A stretch of DNA of 63,828 bases from Parcubacteria group bacterium (GTDB lineage Bacteria > Patescibacteriota > Patescibacteriia > UBA2169). The DNA is taken from NCBI GenBank assembly GCA_016181765.1, contig JACOYR010000002.1, positions 1-63,828 on the forward strand, written 5' to 3'. Positions 16,369 to 22,557 of this stretch are shown here, one piece after another (the first letter of the stretch is position 1; each line of letters opens with the position of its first letter). The notes beneath the pieces are model-generated. The model saw only the letters and a list, made by a program, of their open reading frames with translations. It was not told where the DNA came from and did not search any database. The translations under genes and the position numbers were made by a program.

Positions 16369-17127
16369 ATGTTCAAACCCATACTAGACGAGTTTATCGG
16401 GCAATTCAAACGCAAGCACCCCAAAGACAACATCCGGGTTCTTGCGATGTTGGGTTTTGGCTCAAGTTTCAGCAACAAAAAAATACGGGCCAATTCGGAT
16501 TTGGATTTGTATATCGTCATTAAAGACATTGGCAAGCGATTTCGCGGAGTGATGCGCATCAACGGCATTGCGGTGGATTACTTTGCCTATCCGCTGAAAC
16601 AACTGAAAGCCGATTGGAAAAAGGTTAAAAACAGAACCGCCCCGCGGCTGACCATCGCATACATGCTGCGGGATGGCCATATTATATTAGATCAGAATCA
16701 CGCCTTGCGGAAGTTGCGCATTGAAGCCAAGAAATTTTTGCAACATGAATTAAAGAACAGTGCGATTCCGCCCAATCTGCTGGTCATCAATAAATACTTC
16801 GTTAATGATTATCTCAAAGACATAGAAGACAGCCTGCGGGACGGAGATGCGTTTGCCTGGCAATATAATGTCAATCTATTGTTTAAAGATTTGATTGATA
16901 TTTTTTGCCAATTCCATAAGATTCCCCTGGTAAAGCCGAAATACCAGAAGATGGAAATCGCCAAACGGGATAAAAAATTTGTAAGGTTGTACGAATCGGT
17001 TGCCGGTGCGCCTTCTCCAAAAGAAAAAACAAAGCGGATTAACGCATTGGCGCGGTACTGCCTGAAAACCATGGGCGGCCCGCTGCCGCGGGAGTGGGAA
17101 CTGGCGCGGCCGGTCAGGGACGTTTAA
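16369..17127 (+). CDS. Pol-beta-superfamily nucleotidyltransferase (KNTase / antibiotic-NTase-like) with helical C-terminal domain
   Basis: LGFGSSFSNKKIRANSDLDLYIV (GS...DxD). About 253 aa from the ATG at 16369. Visibly more AT-rich than its neighbours. Confidence 0.7.
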   Translation: MFKPILDEFIGQFKRKHPKDNIRVLAMLGFGSSFSNKKIRANSDLDLYIVIKDIGKRFRGVMRINGIAVDYFAYPLKQLKADWKKVKNRTAPRLTIAYMLRDGHIILDQNHALRKLRIEAKKFLQHELKNSAIPPNLLVINKYFVNDYLKDIEDSLRDGDAFAWQYNVNLLFKDLIDIFCQFHKIPLVKPKYQKMEIAKRDKKFVRLYESVAGAPSPKEKTKRINALARYCLKTMGGPLPREWELARPVRDV

Positions 17128-17167
17128 AGAGGAGGGGAAGTTGATTTACCAGTACATCGGGATGACA

Positions 17168-17229
17168 AAAGCGCCGCAACGGTTTTAACCACCCGTAAAA
17201 ATGGGGACATGGCCCATTTTTACGGGTGG
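17168..17229. repeat. Direct repeat DR2 with extended hairpin (CCACCCGTAAAAATGGGgacatggCCCATTTTTACGGGTGG)
   Basis: Shares the gcgccgcaacg and hairpin core with DR1. Likely the terminator of the cassette. Confidence 0.75.
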
Positions 17230-17276
17230 AACTGTCGTGAAGCGGGCGCCGAAAACCTAGGTGTGGATATGCCGCA

Positions 17277-17305
17277 TTGACAAAGCGCTCCCTCGCATCT
17301 ACACT
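17277..17305 (+). promoter_or_regulatory. Sigma70-like promoter
   Basis: TTGACA (17277-17282), 17 nt, TACACT (17300-17305). Confidence 0.55.
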
Positions 17306-17354
17306 GATACTTGAAAACCAAACGTGAACCTTTCAACATCAAGGAGACGGCGCA

Positions 17355-17696
17355 ATGGCGCATCCAACATACCCTGCCGTCATCTTTGATGAGGCTACTG
17401 GCAGGTATAAGTGCGAAATGCGCGACAAAAAACTCGCCAGAGTCTGGGGAGTGGGATATGGAAACACCAGAGGTGAGGCTATCGCTAACGCCCGCCGCGG
17501 TCAACCGCCTGATGGGAAAATCAAGCGTGTGATTGGGTGGGTTCAACGCCATCCGTTTCTCGTCGGCGCCGCGGTCGGCGCATATTTAGCCGCACGAAAC
17601 GGCGCTCGGACATTTAGCGAATATGCAGCCGCCTCTGTTATTGGCGGATTCGTGGGCTGGGCTGCAAGTAAAGCAGTCCGGTTCTTCACCAGATGA
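17355..17696 (+). CDS. Hypothetical protein: HicB/UPF0150-like N-terminal fold fused to two TM helices
   Basis: AAGGAG lies 8 nt upstream. AVIFDEATGRYKCEM..GVGYGNTRGEAIANAR resembles HicB-fold antitoxins. The C-terminus has PFLVGAAVGAYLAA and VIGGFVGWAAS helices. Confidence 0.55.
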   Translation: MAHPTYPAVIFDEATGRYKCEMRDKKLARVWGVGYGNTRGEAIANARRGQPPDGKIKRVIGWVQRHPFLVGAAVGAYLAARNGARTFSEYAAASVIGGFVGWAASKAVRFFTR

Positions 17697-18036
17697 ACGG
17701 AAAGGAGGTAACGCAAGATGGAACGAACCGCTGTACTGCGGAGCGTAGTGTCATCGGCCTGCGGTGTCGGATAACCGAGGAAGCGATGGCTGTCGCCCTT
17801 GTGGCTTGTCCCGTCAAACTTGTCATCGCTCCTTGATGGCATTTTACCGCAGGGATTCGCCACTTGCTGGCACGATGGCACTACGGTGCGCCGCGCCGCG
17901 CATGAGGCTTGACCCACAAGGGTCGCCCGCGCCTAAGACGCTGGTAAGAGACCAAATCCGAGGTCCACGCACATCTCCGCCATAAGTCCAAGGCTGCAAT
18001 GCCCTGGACAAGGAATCCGCGAGGATTCTGATCCCT

Positions 18037-18077
18037 AGAGGGATGGCCGCCGCAAGCGTTCATCCCTCTCTTTTTTT
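18037..18077 (+). terminator. Intrinsic terminator
   Basis: AGAGGGATG ... CATCCCTCT stem followed by C and T7. Confidence 0.65.
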
Positions 18078-18104
18078 ACTTTGCATGGGTTGTGGATAAA
18101 ACCA

Positions 18105-18133
18105 TTGACAAAAACACCATTGCGGTATAGAGT
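18105..18133 (+). promoter_or_regulatory. Sigma70-like promoter with no ORF downstream
   Basis: TTGACA (18105-18110), 17 nt, TAGAGT (18128-18133). Confidence 0.5.
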
Positions 18134-18139
18134 GAAAGT

Positions 18140-18362
18140 AAGGTGGAAACCGCACCTTGAATTGACCAATACCTACACGAGTATGGAGTCCCATGCTTGG
18201 TCAGCATGTGTTGTCCCGTACTTTAGATGAATAGGTATACGCGTTCCTTCGGAACCGCGCCAACGCGCATAGCATGAGGAGCTGTGACCGGAAAGCCTGC
18301 AAGGCTTTCAACCCCGAATCCCCATTCGGTCACCGCAACACAATCCTCGTGCTCTTTTTTTT
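18140..18362 (+). ncRNA. Candidate structured ncRNA of unknown class (about 220 nt)
   Basis: Bounded by the promoter above and by the long helix AGCATGAGGA (18271-18280) / TCCTCGTGCT (18344-18353) plus T8. Nested hairpins include GTGACCG..CGGTCAC, GAAAGCCT-gca-AGGCTTTC, AAGGTG..CACCTT and TTGACCAA..TTGGTCA. No ORF of at least 60 aa starts in it and no SD-led short ORF was seen. Confidence 0.3.
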
Positions 18363-18404
18363 ATTGCAATGTTGAGCGATGGTAAGCATACTAAATGTAT
18401 ATGT

Positions 18405-18629
18405 TCACACGGCATTCCAAAAGTCTCTTTCATTCACTTGGCCAAGTTCAAGAATACCCTTAAGGGTACCAAATGCCAATTCTTTATGCAACGGGATGAC
18501 GGTTGTAATTATCTTGTCGCCCAGGCACCGCCTTAATTTAACATGACTGCCTTTTTGGGAAACAAAGTAAAAATCAAAATGCCGACAGAGAATGTTTATA
18601 ATCTGGCGGCCTGAAAAAGTCTTAGCCAT
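18405..18629 (-). CDS. hicA: HicA-family mRNA interferase toxin
   Basis: ..QKGSHVKLRR...TTVIPLHKELAFGTLKGILELGQV. Overlaps the hicB stop by 8 nt. Confidence 0.8.
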   Translation of the reverse strand: MAKTFSGRQIINILCRHFDFYFVSQKGSHVKLRRCLGDKIITTVIPLHKELAFGTLKGILELGQVNERDFWNAV

Positions 18630-18846
18630 GCCGAACTTCAAGAGTGGTTACAAGCGGCGCCCGTTGCGAGAGATAATGGCGCACCTGTAATCTCGGCTGG
18701 TCTTCTAAATAAAGCTCAGCCGCTTCTTTTAAGTTCCTTTCGGCATCTTCAATGTTTTTACCTTGGCTCACAACCCCTAATTCCGCGCACCGAGCAACGT
18801 ACCATTTACCTTCTTGTGTAATAATTGTCGTAAATTTATAATTCAT
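18622..18846 (-). CDS. hicB: HicB-family antitoxin
   Basis: MNYKFTTIITQEGKWYVARCAELGVVSQGKNIEDAERNLKEAAELYLED. Confidence 0.8.
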   Translation of the reverse strand: MNYKFTTIITQEGKWYVARCAELGVVSQGKNIEDAERNLKEAAELYLEDQPRLQVRHYLSQRAPLVTTLEVRHG

Positions 18847-19024
18847 AATTTAAAAAATTAACTAAGGCAATGATAACACAACTATTTTATATAAGCAACA
18901 ATATCAGTAGTGTCCAATTAAAAAGACGAGTTAATAGTCAATTTGAGTTGATAATCAGCCTTGTCTCAGACGAAGATAATGTCCTGCCAAGATAATCTTT
19001 TTCCAACTCACCTAAATAAGGCGC

Positions 19025-19276
19025 TCATGCATCAAAATGCGAAGACCGCGCAAGTGAGTACTCCAAACGCTCAAAAAATTGCTCGCTGTACTTGCTGGTT
19101 TCTTTGAACGCGCGAACCACCTCGCCCGCATCGCGCGTGGGCGGCGGGGAAAAAACATCATCAGTAAGCGTGTGCCGCAGAAACTCAAAGCGCAGCTTCG
19201 CGTCCAAGAGATCCTCATACTCCCGCTTGGTCAGGGTTACTGATTCTTTGTTTTTGGTTGCTACAATTGTGGGCAT
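19025..19276 (-). CDS. Hypothetical small protein (possible antitoxin-like partner of the DUF2283 gene)
   Basis: MPTIVATKNKESVTLTKREYEDLL... Lies downstream of the DUF2283 gene on the same strand. Confidence 0.4.
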   Translation of the reverse strand: MPTIVATKNKESVTLTKREYEDLLDAKLRFEFLRHTLTDDVFSPPPTRDAGEVVRAFKETSKYSEQFFERLEYSLARSSHFDA

Positions 19277-19337
19277 ATACGCCGGCAAAGCAAACGATTG
19301 GAGGATGATGCAAGGCGCCACAGCGGGAGAATATTGA

Positions 19338-19592
19338 TTAGCGCGCCATTGTTTGCGCTACCGGAGTGAACTCCATCTCAAACGGCAGGGGGACGCTCGC
19401 GGCGCGATCCTTTGCGCGCTTCATAAAGTTGAGTATGGTAAACCCCACGGCCTTGCCACTCTTGGGGTCTATCCGCATCACCATGTCATCTCCGGTTTCC
19501 TGCGTTATTGCGTCCGCATCCGGCGCTCCCTTTGAAAAGTAGAGCACGTCCGCTTCTGCGTCGTAGTAGTATTGTGCGTTTGCGTGGTTCAT
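19338..19592 (-). CDS. DUF2283-family small protein
   Basis: YYYDAEADVLYFSKG...DMVMRIDPKSGKAVGFTILNF. Confidence 0.6.
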   Translation of the reverse strand: MNHANAQYYYDAEADVLYFSKGAPDADAITQETGDDMVMRIDPKSGKAVGFTILNFMKRAKDRAASVPLPFEMEFTPVAQTMAR

Positions 19593-19869
19593 AGCGCGTG
19601 ATGTTGTATTCTGTCGGTGAGGTACGCGGTGAGGATACGGAGAAGCAAACTGTTCCATATAGCAGAAGTATAGCGCGATTCTTTAGTTCTGCGCAACATG
19701 CGCGCCACCGGCTCTGCCACAGACGGTGTTGCGCTTACTTGTTGAACTCGCCCCCGAAGCCTGAAGACATACACTTGCGTCAAAACAAAATTTATGGTAA
19801 TGTCCACACTAGAAAAATCTATGGGTTAGTTTCTAAAATCGCACATTTACAAAGGAGGTGTAATAGTAG

Positions 19870-20496
19870 ATGCACAATCGTCTGGAGAAGATGCTTGGCG
19901 AACGCACGCTCGTGCTTATCAAACCGGACGCGGTCAAACGGGGCCTCATTGGTGTCATTTGCCAGCGCTTTGAGCAAGCTGGCCTCAAGATCGTCGCATG
20001 CAAAATGGTTCTTCCGACCCGTGAGCGGTTGGATGGCCATTTCCCTACATCCGAAGAATGGGTTCGGGGAATGGGCGAAAAGACCCTCGAGATATACCGT
20101 GAGTATGCGATTGACCCGGTTGAGATTCTCGGCACTGCCGATTCGCTCGTCATTGGATATAAGATCAAGGAGTGGAACTATCGCTACTTGATGCTGGGTC
20201 CAGTGATGGCGATGGCGCTTGAGGGAATCCACGCCGTAGATGTGGTTCGGAAGCTCATCGGGCACACACTGCCTTTCAAGGCGGCGCCCGGCACGATTCG
20301 CGGCGACTTTTCCATCAACGCGCCGGACTTGGCAAATGTCGCGGGAAGTTCCTGCAAGAATCTCGTACATGCTTCGGGTACGATCGAGGAAGCCGAGCAA
20401 GAGATCGCCAACTGGTTCAGCCCGACTGAACTGATTGCGTACGAGCGGACGGATAACTTCGTGCATTTCGTCCAAGGAGAATTCACAGACCCCTGA
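19870..20496 (+). CDS. ndk: Nucleoside diphosphate kinase, long form
   Basis: ERTLVLIKPDAVKRGLIGVICQRFEQAGLKIVACKMV, and NLVHASG around the active-site His. AAAGGAGGTG SD. At 208 aa it carries an internal insert. Confidence 0.85.
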   Translation: MHNRLEKMLGERTLVLIKPDAVKRGLIGVICQRFEQAGLKIVACKMVLPTRERLDGHFPTSEEWVRGMGEKTLEIYREYAIDPVEILGTADSLVIGYKIKEWNYRYLMLGPVMAMALEGIHAVDVVRKLIGHTLPFKAAPGTIRGDFSINAPDLANVAGSSCKNLVHASGTIEEAEQEIANWFSPTELIAYERTDNFVHFVQGEFTDP

Positions 20497-20516
20497 ACAG
20501 GAAAGGAGTAAGCGCC

Positions 20517-20825
20517 ATGCAGCACGAAACTGCCGACACAGCCGCCACCGCGCCAAAGGGGTTTCAACGCGGCTACGGGTCAGCGCCGCTCGCCGAAGAC
20601 TTCTCCGGAACTACCCGCTGTCCGGCTGCAGACCATGGCAAGCAGTGTTCCGCCGTCCTCACGTTCAGGATCAAGAGTCTCGGCGAGTTGAGGGAGGGTT
20701 CGGGCGAGACCCAAGCCTGCGCCAACCCCGATGGATTGGAGAATCATCGCGTTCTCATTTTCACTGGGAAACGCGACGGCCAGGAGTTCCCTTTCGTCCA
20801 GGCAATATTCATGCGGCACAACTAG
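20517..20825 (+). CDS. Hypothetical protein (102 aa)
   Basis: AAAGGAG lies 8 nt upstream, and third-codon positions are strongly G/C-biased in this frame. An antisense ORF (20580-20867) competes. Confidence 0.4.
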   Translation: MQHETADTAATAPKGFQRGYGSAPLAEDFSGTTRCPAADHGKQCSAVLTFRIKSLGELREGSGETQACANPDGLENHRVLIFTGKRDGQEFPFVQAIFMRHN

Positions 20826-20835
20826 GAGGCCCGCA

Positions 20836-21117
20836 ATGCAGAGCACATCTCTTGAACAGGCGCTCAACGCTCTCCGCGCTACGGACCCGAGGAACGCGGC
20901 AGAGCACGCCTACGCGCTCGCCATGCTTCACAAGCAGGCAGGCAACAGCGAACAGGCGGTTCGATTCGGCCGGGATGCCATCGCACTTTTCGGCGCATGC
21001 CGAATGGAGACGATGGAGGACTGCGCCGCGCGCAACACGGTAATTGAGGGCGTGGCGCTTCCGGATCTCATCCACCAGGATGTGGTGCGGGACCGGCTTC
21101 AGCCGCTCACGCTCTAG
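20836..21117 (+). CDS. Hypothetical helical (TPR-like) protein (93 aa)
   Basis: TAGGAGG lies 7 nt upstream of the ATG at 20836. MQSTSLEQALNALRATDPRNAAEHAYALAMLHKQAGNSEQAVRFGRDAIALF. A terminator follows. Confidence 0.5.
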   Translation: MQSTSLEQALNALRATDPRNAAEHAYALAMLHKQAGNSEQAVRFGRDAIALFGACRMETMEDCAARNTVIEGVALPDLIHQDVVRDRLQPLTL

Positions 21118-21136
21118 GTCGGTCATGAACGTCAAA

Positions 21137-21181
21137 ACCCCGCCTAATCAACTGATTAGGCGGGGCTGTTTTTTTTTTTTG
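21137..21181. terminator. Bidirectional intrinsic terminator between the hypothetical gene and gmk
   Basis: CCCCGCCTAATCA / TGATTAGGCGGGG stem, with A4 before and T12 after. Confidence 0.75.
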
Positions 21182-21194
21182 AGGCTTGCAGTTC

Positions 21195-21752
21195 TCATTC
21201 ACTGTGCACATAGCGCAGAATTCGATCCGCAGCTTCCTGCTCTTCATTGTCGTAATTCACGACAATGAAATCAAAGAGATGAGCGGAGCGCCAAGCTTCC
21301 ATATCAACTTCAAGACGACTAGTAATCTCATCTCGCGGCATACCACGCTTGAGAAGACGCTCCGTGAGCACGGCCTGCGACGGCGGCATCAGAAAAACCA
21401 GCGCCGTTTCGGGAAACTTCTCTTTTAGCAAGAACGCTCCACTGGCCGATGCAACGACGACGACATGTCTGTTTTCGTCTCGGGCCTCATTCAAATATTC
21501 AAGCCCAACGCCGTAATACTGTTCAGCCATCATCTTGTATTCCAGTATCTTGCCCGACTCAACCATGGAAAGAAACGCATCAACGTCCACAAAGTGATAA
21601 TGGACGCCGTCAATCTCTCCGGGTCGCGGCGGCCGAGTGGTGCAAGAAGGCAGTTTGGTAAAGCCAGATGTCCGACGCAGACAATCTATGACCGTGTCTT
21701 TCCCGACGCCTGAAGGACCTGTGAGAACAAGAATAATCCCTTTTGGATTCAC
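21195..21752 (-). CDS. gmk: Guanylate kinase
   Basis: P-loop GPSGVGKDT, TTRPPRPGEIDGVHYHF. GTG start with AAGGAGG upstream. Confidence 0.9.
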   Translation of the reverse strand: MNPKGIILVLTGPSGVGKDTVIDCLRRTSGFTKLPSCTTRPPRPGEIDGVHYHFVDVDAFLSMVESGKILEYKMMAEQYYGVGLEYLNEARDENRHVVVVASASGAFLLKEKFPETALVFLMPPSQAVLTERLLKRGMPRDEITSRLEVDMEAWRSAHLFDFIVVNYDNEEQEAADRILRYVHSE

Positions 21753-21810
21753 GCTCTTCCTCCTTGGTAAAGAACAAGTTGAAATTCGGTTTGGATTTTA
21801 CGTTTAGTAC

Positions 21811-21839
21811 ACTATACAGAAATATATCGGCAGGCGCAA
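21811..21839 (-). promoter_or_regulatory. Promoter for gmk
   Basis: On the minus strand: TTGCGC, 17 nt, TATAGT. Confidence 0.45.
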
Positions 21840-21846
21840 GCTACGC

Positions 21847-21880
21847 AATAAAAGAGCCGGAGCACTCACGTACTCCGGCC
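21847..21880 (-). terminator. Intrinsic terminator downstream of maf
   Basis: GCCGGAG ... CTCCGGC stem followed on the minus strand by TCTTTTATT. Confidence 0.5.
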
Positions 21881-21911
21881 ACGACCGCCTGATGCTTGAA
21901 AGGCATGGATG

Positions 21912-22526
21912 TCAAGCGCGGGCTTGCGACAAATCAACCTCCACACCTGCCCGCTGAAGTTCCGCAACCACGGTCTCAATGCCGATTCCGTAGTACTCAA
22001 TCCGATAGGGGTGATGGCCGAGCACCTGGAAGATGGTGAGCGAAATCGGATCCAAAGGATTGTACGCCGCAGCCCATTCGGTAACCGGGCAACGCGTAAC
22101 ATAATCCTCTATCTCCGGTTCACTCAACTTCCGGCACTGGATATCCAGTATTGAGAGCGCAGTAACTTCGCGCGGCTCCTGCGTATTGATGACACAGACG
22201 CCGCTCAAGACATGGCCGATGTGCCCGGAAAACTCGCGCAACATTTCTCTGGCCTCACCTAAGTCTTTCGGCTTATGGTACTGTTTGCCGTTGTAGACGG
22301 AGAACGTGTCCGCCGCAATAATCAATCCAGGATGCTCGGCGGCCACCTGCCGGGCCTTGGCTTGGGCTATGGCCTGCACCTTCTTTCCGAGATCGTGATG
22401 GTCTATTGCTTCTTCGTCTATACGACTGGGAACCGCAGAAAACGCAATCCCCAGAGACGACAGGAGCTGGCGCCGATTTTCAGATTGTGATGCCAGGACA
22501 ACGTTGATTGGTTGCTTCATACTCAT
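21912..22526 (-). CDS. maf: Maf-family nucleoside triphosphate pyrophosphatase
   Basis: VVLASQSENRRQLLSSLGIAFSAVPSRIDEE...IIAADT. Confidence 0.85.
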   Translation of the reverse strand: MSMKQPINVVLASQSENRRQLLSSLGIAFSAVPSRIDEEAIDHHDLGKKVQAIAQAKARQVAAEHPGLIIAADTFSVYNGKQYHKPKDLGEAREMLREFSGHIGHVLSGVCVINTQEPREVTALSILDIQCRKLSEPEIEDYVTRCPVTEWAAAYNPLDPISLTIFQVLGHHPYRIEYYGIGIETVVAELQRAGVEVDLSQARA

Positions 22527-22557
22527 CCTTTATAGCAAATGTGCTACATGGCGTCAA

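Noticed and set aside
17141-17188. SD-like AGGAGGGG followed by a TTG-initiated 15-codon ORF after the NTase stop
   Set aside because: It is very short, uses a TTG start, and runs into repeat DR2. It is most likely a chance occurrence.
17543-17985. ORFs of 124 aa (minus) and 73 aa (plus) in the region downstream of 17696
   Set aside because: Both are Arg/Pro/Ser-rich with no SD or motif. I treat the region as untranslated RNA.
19819-20556. 245-aa minus-strand ORF overlapping ndk
   Set aside because: It is antisense to an ORF with clear NDK motifs and a strong SD, and it has no recognisable motif.
20580-21135. Minus-strand ORFs of 95 and 108 aa between ndk and gmk
   Set aside because: The plus-strand alternatives have SDs, G/C-biased third positions and a downstream terminator. 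I keep this as an open question in the findings.
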